Shown: positions 1 through 9,310 of the stretch, one piece after another | Layout of the letters: the number at the start of each line of letters is the position of its first letter | How positions within the stretch are numbered: position 1 is the first letter of the stretch | Source of the DNA: Gemmatimonadota bacterium | GTDB taxonomy: Bacteria > Gemmatimonadota > Gemmatimonadetes > Longimicrobiales > Gaopeijiaceae | Direction: 5' to 3' | Length of the DNA: 22,313 nt | Assembly: GCA_039589315.1 (NCBI GenBank) | Contig: JBDHHQ010000075.1 | Location: forward strand, 1 to 22,313 | Position numbers and translations under genes: made by a program | Notes under the pieces: generated by a model | Told to the model about the DNA's origin: nothing | Database searches by the model: none | What the model saw: only the letters and a program-made list of their open reading frames with translations

Positions 1-249
1 GATCATTCCTTCGATCCCGGGCTTGGGCCTCTGGATGAGCTCGGAGCCTTCTCGGAATCTCCTGTCCCCCGATGCCGTGATCTTGAAATCGGGTGTGCTT
101 TGAAAGGGGCCCGGGGGGACCGTTAAGAGAGACTTGTCATCGGCTTTGACAGCACGTCATCCTTTCCGTCGTATACGAGCGTCAACGGACTTGGAAACAG
201 CAGCACCGCGAGGCGGCGACCGACGAGCTGACGGTGTTTCGACACGGAG

Positions 250-2646
250 GTGGCGGTCAGCCGGATGAGACAGGATTTCAGGGACGGGCTCCGGGGGTTA
301 ACGCGACGCCCGGGATTCACACTCCTCGCCGCGGGGACGCTCGCAATGGGTCTGTCGACGAGCGCGGCGGTCTTCACCTACGTGAACGCGTACGCGCGAC
401 CGTTCCCGGGCGCCGGGGCGGACGACCTCCACCAGGTCTGGTTCGCGACCCAGGACGCAGGCGTCGGGCAGAGCTCCTTCGCTGCGAGCGTGCGGCGCGA
501 CCAACTCACGGGAATCGCGTTCGGCGAGGCCGTGGCCGGGCGCTTCTTCTCCGTCCTCGGCGTAGAGATGTCCGCCGGGCGGGGATTCTCACGAGACGAT
601 GATCGCCCGGGCGCGCCTCCCACAACCGTCCTCTCGCACGCGTACTGGGTGAGCCGGTACGAAGCCGACCCCGACGTGCTCGGCCGGACGATTTTACTCA
701 ACAACGAGTCCTACACGATCGTCGGGGTCGCAGGCCCCGACTTCCTTGGATCGAGCGTCGCGTTCCGCCCTCAGTTCTGGCTCCCATTCGAGCAGTTCCT
801 GCGCGTGTATCGGGCCCGTACAGACACCCGAGAGAACCGCGCCACCGGCGCGGTGATCCCGATCGTGCGGCTCTCCGACGGTGTCTCCGAGGCCGACGCG
901 AGCGGCGCCCTGCAGGCGTTCGCCCGCGATCTCGACAGCCGGGCTCCTCTTTCACAGCGAAGACGCCGCTTCGTGCTCGAACCCGCAACGTGGATCAGCC
1001 CCGAGACGCGCGCCGCCGAGGCATCGACCACACGAATCATGATGGCAGCGGCCGGGTTCCTTCTGATGCTCGCGTGCGCGAACGTGGCCAACCTCGTGTT
1101 ATCCGCTGGAGCCCGAAGGCACGCCGAGATGGCGGTCCGAAGCGCGATCGGCGCATCGCGCCGGAGACTCGTCCAGCAGCTACTCATCGAGAGCCTTCTC
1201 CTGTCCGCGCTGGCCGGGGCTGCGGCGCTGGCGCTCGCCGGCCCGGTGGCCGGGAGGTTGAGCTCTTACTTCGCGCGACCGAGCGTCTGGGGAGCGAACG
1301 TGTCCCGCGACATCGTGGTCGATCCCCGAGTGATGCTTTTCGCTCTCGCCGCCGCCGTGGTGACGGGCCTGGCAACTGGTCTCGTCCCCGCGCTTCGGGC
1401 CTCGGCAAGCAGCCCGGCCGAGGCCCTCCGGTCGGGAGGTACCCGCTCTTCTGCCGGCCGCAACTTGCGCTCGCGGCTCCCCGGAACACGCCACCTGCTA
1501 GTGTCAGCCCAGATCGCGATCTGCGTCGTGCTCCTCTTCGTGGCAGGCCTTGTGCTCCGCACGCTGGAGACCGCCCGCGGAGTCGACCCCGGGTTCGAGA
1601 CCGGTCGAACCCTGGCCAGCTACGTGAGCACCAGCAGCATGGGCGTCCCCGTCTCGGCGCGGCATCAATTCTTCGAGGAGCTCATCCACCGATTCGAGGG
1701 TCTCCCGTGGGTCGAGGCAACGACCGTGGCTGAGAACGCGCCGCTCTCCGGACACCCTACGCAGGAGCTCGTGCCGCAGATCGGAGCGGATCCGGTGAGC
1801 GTCACCGTGGCCCGGGTGTGGCCGGGCTACTTCGAGGTCATGGAGATGGACATCCGCCGGGGGCGCGCTTTCCTGCCGACGGACACCGTCGACGCGACGG
1901 GTGTCGTCGTCGTGAACGCGTCGCTCGCAAAGCGCCTCGCGGCCGATGGGGACGCGGTCGGGCATACGCTGTGGTGGGCCGGAAGGGGCGACCAGCCAGA
2001 TCGGAGCTTCGAGGTGGTCGGCGTCGTTCGCGACGCGAAGCAGGTGACGCTGCTCGACGACCCCGGCCCGGTGGCCTACTTCTCCTTGCCGCAGGAGTAC
2101 TCGCGGCCGGGTAATGCGCTACTCGTCAAGGTCCGGGGCGACCCGACGGCGGCCGTCGAGGCGATGGAGCGCGAGCTGCGCGAGCTGGATACACGCATCG
2201 CGATCGTAAACACCCTCCCATACCGGGATGTCGTTCGGGGCTTTCTCTATACGCAGACCATGAACGCCGAGCTCTTCACGGTGATCGCCGGGCTAGGACT
2301 TCTGCTCGCTGCGGCGGGTGTCTTCGCCGTGGTCGCTTTGGCGGTCGCTAGCCGCAGACGTGAGATCGGAATCCGCGTGGCGGTAGGTGCCGATCGGCTT
2401 TCGATCACGAAGTTTGTGCTCGGCCCGATTGGCGGCTCCGTGCTCGTCGGCCTGGGTACCGGACTCGCCGGGGCGTTCGGAGCGACGAAACTGGTGGGAA
2501 GCCTGTTGTGGGGTGTGGCTCCCGCGGACCCGCTGGCACTCGCCGTCGGGGTCGGCGTGCTCCTGATCGCGGTCGGTCTCGCCGTCCGGATCCCGTTGCG
2601 AAGGGCCACGGAAATCGATCCCATCGCGGCTCTCCGTGCGGAGTGA
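250..2646 (+). CDS. ADOP/MacB-FtsX-type duplicated ABC transporter permease, possibly with a short in-frame deletion near the N-terminus
   Basis: 798-aa ORF with motifs QDFRDGLRGLTRRPGFT, LLMLACANVANL, EMAVRSAIGASRRRLVQQLLIESLLL, RRREIGIRVAVGA and C-terminal IDPIAALRAE. Start is GTG 250 or ATG 265. Confidence 0.93.
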   Translation: MAVSRMRQDFRDGLRGLTRRPGFTLLAAGTLAMGLSTSAAVFTYVNAYARPFPGAGADDLHQVWFATQDAGVGQSSFAASVRRDQLTGIAFGEAVAGRFFSVLGVEMSAGRGFSRDDDRPGAPPTTVLSHAYWVSRYEADPDVLGRTILLNNESYTIVGVAGPDFLGSSVAFRPQFWLPFEQFLRVYRARTDTRENRATGAVIPIVRLSDGVSEADASGALQAFARDLDSRAPLSQRRRRFVLEPATWISPETRAAEASTTRIMMAAAGFLLMLACANVANLVLSAGARRHAEMAVRSAIGASRRRLVQQLLIESLLLSALAGAAALALAGPVAGRLSSYFARPSVWGANVSRDIVVDPRVMLFALAAAVVTGLATGLVPALRASASSPAEALRSGGTRSSAGRNLRSRLPGTRHLLVSAQIAICVVLLFVAGLVLRTLETARGVDPGFETGRTLASYVSTSSMGVPVSARHQFFEELIHRFEGLPWVEATTVAENAPLSGHPTQELVPQIGADPVSVTVARVWPGYFEVMEMDIRRGRAFLPTDTVDATGVVVVNASLAKRLAADGDAVGHTLWWAGRGDQPDRSFEVVGVVRDAKQVTLLDDPGPVAYFSLPQEYSRPGNALLVKVRGDPTAAVEAMERELRELDTRIAIVNTLPYRDVVRGFLYTQTMNAELFTVIAGLGLLLAAAGVFAVVALAVASRRREIGIRVAVGADRLSITKFVLGPIGGSVLVGLGTGLAGAFGATKLVGSLLWGVAPADPLALAVGVGVLLIAVGLAVRIPLRRATEIDPIAALRAE

Positions 2647-2894
2647 AGCGGTGTAGGTAGGCCGTGCATGCGGACGCGAAATGCCGTTGCATCACGGGTG
2701 GGACGCACGGTCTACCGTTGGTGCCCCACCATCATGTCGTGCTCCGCCGTACCCCAACGTACAGTGAACGGACATTTGTCGCCCCGGTGATGGGGCGGCC
2801 CTCCTCGCCAGTGCGAGCGCCGTCTTCTACATCCCGCGTAGCGACGAAGAGCCCTGAGCCGACTCCCGTCCACCGCGACAGTAGCGATCGCATG

Positions 2895-3707
2895 TTACCT
2901 GGCGACCACGACGACCGCACTGATTCGGCCCTCAATTGGTCCGGGCCCGAAGCGAGCTCGAAGGGCGTCAGCTGCGACCTGCGTGGCTTGATCGAGACCC
3001 TTGGGGTCTCTGGCCAATATCTCGTTCCGGAGCGGCGTGCCTTGACAATAGGCGATAGCCGGAATGTCAGCGCTAGCTGCGGGACTGACGTCGTCCCGCT
3101 GCGTGAGCGTGCATTCTGAGAAGCCGGCAGCGTTCAGGTCGGCGCTGATCTCTGCCGGAGACCCGTGACCATGTGGTGTGCGCGACAGAAAGAGGGGTGG
3201 ATCCTCGGGGTAGATCGCACCGACAGCCTGCGTCACGACGTCGGCAAACTCATTATGCTGAATACTGTTCCATACGCTGAATAGGAAGCAGCCACTCGGC
3301 CTGAGCACCCTACGAATCTCGCGATAGGCCGCGGCGCGATCAGGGAAGAACATGGTCGAGAACTGACACACGACCAGGTCGAATGAGTCGGCTTCGAACG
3401 GGAGAGCCATAACATCGGCCTGACGCCAGGTCACGGGCCGAGCCGTCCCCACGGACTGCCCGTGGGCGACCATCGCATCGTTCAAGTCGGTCGCGACAAC
3501 CGAGCAATGTCCTGGCAGCGCCCTCGCTAGCGCCCGCGTGACGACTCCGGTTCCACAGGCCACCTCGAGCACCGTCGTGGGCGCGAAGGACTGTGCCCGT
3601 TCCGCCAGGTCGTAGGCATAGGGCTCGAAGATGAGTGGCACCAGGGTCGATTCATAGAACTGCGCCACGTCCGAAGTGAACGAAGAGTCGATGGGGGGCT
3701 TGGTCAC
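2895..3707 (-). CDS. Class I SAM-dependent methyltransferase (UbiE/Methyltransf_11-like)
   Basis: Motif I VLEVACGTG, TDLNDAM, ADVMALPFEADSFDLVVCQF, RRVLRPSG. GTG start lies ~50 bp downstream of the attC at 3755. Confidence 0.92.
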   Translation of the reverse strand: MTKPPIDSSFTSDVAQFYESTLVPLIFEPYAYDLAERAQSFAPTTVLEVACGTGVVTRALARALPGHCSVVATDLNDAMVAHGQSVGTARPVTWRQADVMALPFEADSFDLVVCQFSTMFFPDRAAAYREIRRVLRPSGCFLFSVWNSIQHNEFADVVTQAVGAIYPEDPPLFLSRTPHGHGSPAEISADLNAAGFSECTLTQRDDVSPAASADIPAIAYCQGTPLRNEILARDPKGLDQATQVAADALRARFGPGPIEGRISAVVVVAR

Positions 3708-3754
3708 TGTCGCATCATGCCTCGATGGGGATCCATACTCGTCGGCTACTCGCG

Positions 3755-3934
3755 AGCTAGCGGACCCTGCGATTCTGCTGCGCCACCTAGCTGCTCACCG
3801 CGCAGCGACGTGAACACCGCAGGTGTGAACGGAGCCAGCGATCAAGGCTCATCGCTCCAAGGAGCGCCGGCAACGAGGAGACTCCTGAGCCGATTCCCGT
3901 CCGCCGCGTCTGCAGCAGCAAACGCGTGTGAGAG
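3755..3934 (-). repeat. attC site, long family copy 1 (both R boxes degenerate)
   Basis: + strand reads agctagc-ggaccctgcgattctgctgcg...cgcgtctgcagcagcaaacgcgt-gtgagag. The ~130-bp centre is shared with the copies at 5507, 8906, 17934 and 22056. Confidence 0.82.
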
Positions 3935-3952
3935 CGCATCTCTGGCGGAGAC

Positions 3953-4720
3953 TTAGGAGCCATGATCGGTCTCGAGCATCGCCAAGAGGTCGTCGACCTC
4001 CGCAATGACGACGCCAAAGCCACCGGTGAAACCGGCCTGGTCCAGGCGGAAGCCGAGTCGGATCGCCATGGCCTGCATCGAAAGGTTGAGCTTGCGGTCC
4101 AACCTAGGCTCGGCAACTGCAGTTCGGGCTACGGCTCCGACGGGGTGTATCCATGAGGCGTCCGTACATCTGAGCGGAGAGTCGTCGAGGCAAGTGTCGC
4201 GGATGAACATCTGGAGGTCCGCCGGTACGATGCTGCGTACGACCTCCCGGTAATGAGCTTGGTCCGCACTATAGTCCACTGGGTCTAGCTGGTTCGCGAC
4301 GTTTGCATAGAACCTGCTTAGTGAGCTTCTCAGGCTGTCACTCCGCAGGACACGCAGGTTGCCGGTGCTGATCAGATCGTCATATGCGCTGCGTGCTACC
4401 ACTGGGTCGGTAATCCGACTCGCCTGAAGCAACGAGGCCAGAAACCCTAGGGTATCCGCAGGCAGGTCGGCGAGACCGGCGAGGATCGGCTGAACTGCCC
4501 TCCCATGCTCGAGCAGCATCTCATAATGCTCGGCGTTCTCGATGATGTGTTCCCGAGTCTCGCGAAGGTCGGCGATAATCCGGGCCACATACACGCGTTC
4601 GGCCTGCCTCTCCTGGCGACCCTCCCACCACGCGTCGATCCCGAACGCCAAGAGGATGCTTCCAACGATCACCACGCCTTCGGCGAGTACGCGCAGCGAC
4701 GGAAACTGACGGCTCATCAC
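3953..4720 (-). CDS. Membrane-anchored hypothetical protein (DUF6090-like cassette protein)
   Basis: N-terminal EGVVIVGSILLAFGIDAWW TM segment followed by coiled coil, plus AYDDLISTGNLRVL motif. The ORF lies between two attC sites. Confidence 0.8.
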   Translation of the reverse strand: MMSRQFPSLRVLAEGVVIVGSILLAFGIDAWWEGRQERQAERVYVARIIADLRETREHIIENAEHYEMLLEHGRAVQPILAGLADLPADTLGFLASLLQASRITDPVVARSAYDDLISTGNLRVLRSDSLRSSLSRFYANVANQLDPVDYSADQAHYREVVRSIVPADLQMFIRDTCLDDSPLRCTDASWIHPVGAVARTAVAEPRLDRKLNLSMQAMAIRLGFRLDQAGFTGGFGVVIAEVDDLLAMLETDHGS

Positions 4721-4742
4721 ATCCTTGAGTCCGGGAGATGTG

Positions 4743-4790
4743 CTCTAACGGATTGCGATTCTGCTACGCCGCCGGCCCGCACACAAGCGC
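4743..4790 (-). repeat. attC half-site (R'/L' arm only)
   Basis: ctctaac-ggattgcgattctgcta matches the R'/L' arm of the other sites. The continuation ggcccgcacacaagcg resembles the flanks at 12269 and 20632. No matching L''/R'' arm was found. Confidence 0.7.
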
Positions 4791-4832
4791 GATCGGCTGG
4801 CTCGATGAGACCGATTTTCCGCCTCATGTACC

Positions 4833-5054
4833 TTAGGGGACGAAGGAGAAGACGTCGTTAGGACTGTAAACCATGTCCTCCGTACGCTCTGCAGACCACA
4901 TCCCCACTGTTGAATCAGCCCGCCAGTTTCCGGCTCGATTGCCGTCTTTCTGGAGACGGTAAGCAGCCAGATTGTGGGACTCTGGATCGTTCGAAACGAA
5001 CCCGTGGTCGAGTGGGGTGGCGCCGTGATTGAATCGCAGGTCCTTGAAGGTGGA
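4833..5054 (-). pseudogene. Start-less 73-codon open frame, probable 3' remnant of a cassette gene
   Basis: STFKDLRFNHGATPLDHGFVSNDPES...VFSFVP* directly follows, in frame, the TGA of the 5055-5486 gene. Confidence 0.35.
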
Positions 5055-5486
5055 TCAACACGGATCTGGAACAGTGCGAAGTGCCTCCTCTGACCACAGA
5101 GTGGCACCGCGGAGGAGGCCCTCTCCGGGAGTCCGTCCCACCTCCTTCAGTGCGGCGCCATCCCCGGAGCAACCGAATCCCTCGAAGCTGAGAGACTCGA
5201 AGTACTCCAGCTCCTCAGACCCACTGGCGTAGTGGACAGTGATCGACCGGCCATTGCGAGACCAGGTCGCTTCTCGCAGCACCGTATCCACCGCCACGGC
5301 AGCGGCAGACCCAGGCTCCCAAAGCCGTAGTACGACCCGCGCTCGGCCATCGGGTTTGAGGAGCAGCTGTGTAACGGATTCGGACTCGGTAACCGTTTGA
5401 TATGTGCCAGACACCTCAAGCGTGGACTGACCGCATGCCAAGAAACTCATGAGGACCGACAGAGTTGACACGGAGGAGAGCTTCAC
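5055..5486 (-). CDS. Putative lipoprotein, unknown function
   Basis: Start re-called to GTG 5486 (GAGG upstream; the longer ORF start lies inside the attC). Signal peptide with lipobox FLA-C. Confidence 0.72.
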   Translation of the reverse strand: MKLSSVSTLSVLMSFLACGQSTLEVSGTYQTVTESESVTQLLLKPDGRARVVLRLWEPGSAAAVAVDTVLREATWSRNGRSITVHYASGSEELEYFESLSFEGFGCSGDGAALKEVGRTPGEGLLRGATLWSEEALRTVPDPC

Positions 5487-5506
5487 ATGACCTCGAGGGC
5501 TGCACC

Positions 5507-5798
5507 TTTTAACGACTCTGCGATTCTGCTGCGTGACCGACCCGTCCACCGTGCGGCGACGTGAACACCGTAGGTGTGAACGGTGCAGGCGATCAAGAAC
5601 TCTTGCGGCTTGGCGGAACCGAGGCTGTCGGCGCCTATCCGTCGCAGGCAGGCATTACTCCCTCGGTTCGTACACGATGACCTGGCCCGTCAGCCTCTTA
5701 CGGTCAGATCGAATCATGGCGACTCCGAGGAGCACCGCGACGAGGAGCCTCCTGAGCCGATTCCCGGTCACCGTGTCAGCAGCCGCCGCCCGTTGGGT
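5507..5798 (-). repeat. attC site, long family copy 2, interrupted by ~125 bp of foreign sequence
   Basis: ttttaac-gactctgcgattctgctgcg...gatcaag [5598-5722 insert] ctccgaggagcaccgcgacgaggagcctcctgagccgattcc...cagcag...gttgggt. Confidence 0.8.
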
Positions 5799-5819
5799 AG
5801 AGTAACCGCCCGCCCCAGC

Positions 5820-6929
5820 CTACCGCGACAGAAAGACTGTGATCTGCTCTCTCGTGTCGTTAGCCACGGCGAAGTCCATCCGTCCGTCCATGTCGAAGTT
5901 CCCAGTTGCAAGGCCCCAGGGGCTCCCGTCGACCTCGAGGCGAGTCAGCACCGGCGAGTCACCTCCAGATAGAACCGCCACTTCGCTTCCGATGTAGGAC
6001 GCTACGAGGACCTCAGCGCGCCCGTCGCCTGTTATGTCCACCGTCGAGCTCTTTGTCGGACCCATCGCGATCTCATACTGGCCGGCGGCGGTGAACGAAC
6101 CGTCGGTATTGCCCCGCCAGATGGCCAGGGAGCCCACGCCTTCCCCCGAGGCTGCTGCCAGATCATGCACTCCGTCGCCGTCAAGATCCGCAGCAACGAC
6201 CGAGAACGGACTGAACGGGGCCCGCGGCGAGTCGTGCTGCGTGAACCCACCCGACCCGTCCCCCAGCAGGACCGAAATGTGGTCCGGATTCGGGGTCACC
6301 AGGTCGAGGCGCCCGTCTCCGTCGAGATCGGCCAATGCCATACCTCGGTATGGGTCGCCACCTACATTGACCGAGGTGGACTTCGCGAACGTACCGTCGC
6401 CGACACCGGGAAACGCTCGGATCGACTGAGGAGTGCGGTCGTCGACCAAGAGGTCGGCGGTCCCATCGTTGTCGATGTCGCGGAGCCGTACCGCGTGAGG
6501 ATGAGGGGCCACGTCCACAGCGAACTCCGAGTGGTCTCGACGCTCGAAGCCGCCCCCCGAGATCCCGAACAGCAAGGTGACATAGTTCGTCTCGTGGTTG
6601 GCCACAGCAAGGTCGGTCAGCCCATCTCCGTCGAGGTCAGCTCCGGCCACATCCACCGGATTCTCGCCAGCCGCCACGGCGGACGAGAGGTCGAATTGCC
6701 CGTCGCCGCGGCCGTGCAACACCAAGACGCTTTCCCCACCGACTACGACCAGGTCCAGACGTTCGTCCCCATCCAGGTCAGACGCGAGCACGGCACGGGA
6801 CGGGACTCCGACTTCGACCTCGACACGATCGAACGACACCTGCGCCCCCAAGTCCTCTCGCGAGGCCGAGCACCCCACACCCGCCAGACCGAGTGCCGCA
6901 CATCCAGCTGCCCTCCACATCGACCTCAT
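5820..6929 (-). CDS. FG-GAP/VCBS repeat beta-propeller lipoprotein
   Basis: Seven DLDGDGxxDL-type repeats; signal peptide with lipobox GVG-C. Confidence 0.9.
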   Translation of the reverse strand: MRSMWRAAGCAALGLAGVGCSASREDLGAQVSFDRVEVEVGVPSRAVLASDLDGDERLDLVVVGGESVLVLHGRGDGQFDLSSAVAAGENPVDVAGADLDGDGLTDLAVANHETNYVTLLFGISGGGFERRDHSEFAVDVAPHPHAVRLRDIDNDGTADLLVDDRTPQSIRAFPGVGDGTFAKSTSVNVGGDPYRGMALADLDGDGRLDLVTPNPDHISVLLGDGSGGFTQHDSPRAPFSPFSVVAADLDGDGVHDLAAASGEGVGSLAIWRGNTDGSFTAAGQYEIAMGPTKSSTVDITGDGRAEVLVASYIGSEVAVLSGGDSPVLTRLEVDGSPWGLATGNFDMDGRMDFAVANDTREQITVFLSR

Positions 6930-6954
6930 CTTCGTCCAATCTGCTCCCGACTCT

Positions 6955-7069
6955 AGCTAACGGCTCTGCAATTCTGCTCCACACCACACTGCTTGCCCGC
7001 GGCGTGAGGTGCAAGCCGAACGGCGCGGTCCGCTACGATCGCCGCGACAGCAGGAACTGCTTGGTGGAC
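6955..7069 (-). repeat. attC site (115 bp, R'' degenerate)
   Basis: agctaac-ggctctgcaattctgct...cagcaggaactgctt-ggtggac; the arms are imperfectly complementary. Confidence 0.75.
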
Positions 7070-7083
7070 AGCATCGGTTCAGG

Positions 7084-7236
7084 TCATTCGTCGAGCTCCG
7101 CAAGTTCCTCTGGCGTGGGAGGGCGATGGACGGGGTCAGGATGATCGAACGGCTCAAGCCAGAGGCGACGGCCCTCGTGGGGCAGGCGGGCAAGCACAAC
7201 ACGAATGTCGTCCGCGGTAAGGTGGTGAACGCGATC
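7084..7236 (-). pseudogene. Start-less cassette gene remnant
   Basis: Open frame DRVHHLTADDIRVVLARLPHEGRRLWLEPFDHPDPVHRPPTPEELAELDE* ends 15 bp before the attC at 6955-7069. Its 5' part is replaced by an attC half-site. Confidence 0.45.
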
Positions 7237-7239
7237 CGT

Positions 7240-7282
7240 GCCCGGTGCAGCCTACCCGGACAGCAGCAGTTCCTTGTCACGC
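7240..7282 (-). repeat. attC half-site (L''/R'' arm only)
   Basis: cagcctacccggacagcagcagttccttgtcac resembles cagcctaccgcgacagcagcgattccctgttag of the 7908-8011 site. It lies 10 bp after the stop of 7292-7879. Confidence 0.6.
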
Positions 7283-7291
7283 GGCCCGTGG

Positions 7292-7879
7292 TTAGCAGGA
7301 GCCCTCACGTGATAGTTCTGCGATGCGTGTCCGCACCCAAGGTGCCTCCTCGTGAGCCGGCCAATTCAACAGCCAGGCCCGATAACGTTCGATGAGCAGC
7401 GCAGACTGGGCGCCCCCGTCCCCATCCTCGCATGCCGCAGCGTCCAGTAGACGTACCAGGCGGAACTCGTGATCCCCGATCACCCAATGCTTCGGATCTC
7501 GGACTCGGCCTATCCAATTCTCCGAGGGCCGAATCGGGCTGGTCTCTGACGCAGCGACAAAGTGACCGGGATTCTCGATGATGTGACGATGATTCGGAGT
7601 GAGTTGCTCCTCCGGGATACCAGCCAGGTTGAGGCGTCCTTGGTAGAAGAACATGTCGTCCACGCTTGACGCGATCTGAAGGTCAGCCAGGTACAGGAGA
7701 CCGAACGTATCGTCGCATTGAGGACCGTCGACAAGACTACCACTCACCTCAGCGGGACTATGCCGGACCATTTCTCGTTGACGTTGGACAGCATCCTGAG
7801 ACAGGCAAGAGTTGGCACGATCCGACGAACACGCTGCCGCCGCGATGGCGCACAGAGCGATGAGCTGTTGCGTTCTCAA
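7292..7879 (-). CDS. Putative lipoprotein, unknown function
   Basis: TTG start with GGAAGGA upstream, signal peptide with lipobox AAA-C, bounded by attC sequences. Confidence 0.78.
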   Translation of the reverse strand: MRTQQLIALCAIAAAACSSDRANSCLSQDAVQRQREMVRHSPAEVSGSLVDGPQCDDTFGLLYLADLQIASSVDDMFFYQGRLNLAGIPEEQLTPNHRHIIENPGHFVAASETSPIRPSENWIGRVRDPKHWVIGDHEFRLVRLLDAAACEDGDGGAQSALLIERYRAWLLNWPAHEEAPWVRTRIAELSREGSC

Positions 7880-7907
7880 GGAGTCCTTCCGGTCACTCCG
7901 CTAGGCC

Positions 7908-8011
7908 GCCCAACGGATTTGGGATTCTGCTGCGAGACCATGACAGCTTACCCCACCAGCGTAGCTTGCGGCCACCCAGCCTACCGCGACAGCAGCGATT
8001 CCCTGTTAGAG
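7908..8011 (-). repeat. attC site, canonical 104 bp
   Basis: Minus strand reads CTCTAAC-AGGGA-ATCGCTGC...GCAGCAGAAT-CCCAAATCC-GTTGGGC. Both R boxes are intact and L'' carries an extra base. Confidence 0.9.
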
Positions 8012-8880
8012 TGCGAACCGTCCAACTCGATGAGGTAGAGACGATAATGGTCGCCCTCGGTCCGCCTGCCCGCGTAGACGATGGACCGACCATCCGGGGA
8101 CCAGGCGGGTTCGGTGACCCTGTGGAGCCCTCCGGCCAAGCGCCGCTCTTGGATGCCGTCGGAACGCATGACGTGAAGAGCCCGCGAACCGTCGTCCTCG
8201 ACTCCTACGAACACGATTCGCTCTCCATCCGGCGCCCAAGCCGGGCAGAAGTCATGCCCCGGCCCGAACGTCAACCGCCTGAGCACGCGCGTCTCGAGCG
8301 AGAGCGCGTAGATCTCGTCATCCTGACCTGAGGTGTCGCGCCGCGAGAAGAACGCGAGGGTCTCCCCGTCAGGGCTCCACCTCGGCCAAACGTCCCGGCC
8401 CGGCGGGATGGGGGCGTCCCGGACGAGCCCTGTCTCGAGGTCCAGGATCTGCAGCCTGAGGTCAGGCGACTCTCCTACCGAGAATGCGATCTCCGTTCCG
8501 CTCGGGGACCAGTGAGGGAAGGTCTCCGAGCCCGTGAGCTCGACTCTTCGAGTGTCGCCGCTGTTGAGGTCCGAGATGTGGAGATCGGAGCCGGACCCTG
8601 TCGTTCGGACGAATGCGATCCTGGATCCATCCGGGGACCAGGTAGGGGATCGCTCATCCTCGGGGGATGACGTGACCGCGGCGATCGATCCGGACTCAGT
8701 ATCCAGGAGCAGGATGTCCCAGTTCCCGGATCGGGTCGATTCAAACGCGATCTTCGATCCGCCGGGGCTCCACGAGGGAGCGCGGCTCGTGAAGGCAGGC
8801 GGCGTTAGTGGACGCGACTCCCCCTCTTGCATGGCCAGCCCGCCGAGAAGCCCCAGAATCACAAGTGCATTCATCCGCAT
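7981..8880 (-). CDS. TolB-like PD40/WD40-repeat beta-propeller protein, secreted
   Basis: Six PxWSPDG-type repeats and an N-terminal signal peptide. The 3' end runs into the attC. Confidence 0.9.
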   Translation of the reverse strand: MRMNALVILGLLGGLAMQEGESRPLTPPAFTSRAPSWSPGGSKIAFESTRSGNWDILLLDTESGSIAAVTSSPEDERSPTWSPDGSRIAFVRTTGSGSDLHISDLNSGDTRRVELTGSETFPHWSPSGTEIAFSVGESPDLRLQILDLETGLVRDAPIPPGRDVWPRWSPDGETLAFFSRRDTSGQDDEIYALSLETRVLRRLTFGPGHDFCPAWAPDGERIVFVGVEDDGSRALHVMRSDGIQERRLAGGLHRVTEPAWSPDGRSIVYAGRRTEGDHYRLYLIELDGSHSNRESLLSR

Positions 8881-8905
8881 CCTCGGCCGCCTAGTCCATC
8901 TCGCA

Positions 8906-9077
8906 CTCTAACGGATCACAGTTCTGCCGCGCGACCGGCCCGTCCACCAGCGCAGCGACGTGAACACCGTAGCTGTGAACGGAGCGAGCGATCAAGGCTC
9001 GTCGCTCCGAGGAGCACCGCGACGAGGAGCCTCCTGAGCCGTCCCCCCACCGCGTCTGCAGCAATCGCTTGCCAGAC
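8906..9077 (-). repeat. attC site, long family copy 3 (R'' degenerate)
   Basis: ctctaac-ggatcacagttctgccgcgcgacc...cgcgtctgcagcaatcgctt-gccagac, with the shared centre. Confidence 0.85.
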
Positions 9078-9310
9078 CGTGTCTCCCCCGCCTACCGGGT
9101 AACTCTCTCCGGGTAGCTGTGCGGCACGTGCTCGGCGCCGTCACACCTCCTGGCCGGGCCCGAAGTTCTTGTCGATAGGGCTAGCTTTTTCACCTCGCGA
9201 CGGTGGCGCGGGCAGTGGCCAAGCTGGACTGCGGTCGTAGCGCTGTCCTTCAGCGTCATCTACGTTACCTGTAGAAGACGTGCGTGCCCTTGACCGTCGA
9301 GACGAGGAGA

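Noticed and set aside
1..249. Possible minus-strand gene fragment(s) at the left edge
   Set aside because: No recognisable family and no consistent frame with a start codon.
4857..4863. gttagga as the R'' partner of the 4743 half-site
   Set aside because: It lacks the gcagcaatc-type L'' arm complementary to gattctgct.
5052..5057. Cys-UGA as a selenocysteine codon
   Set aside because: No redox-protein context and no convincing SECIS-like hairpin; decay explains it more simply.
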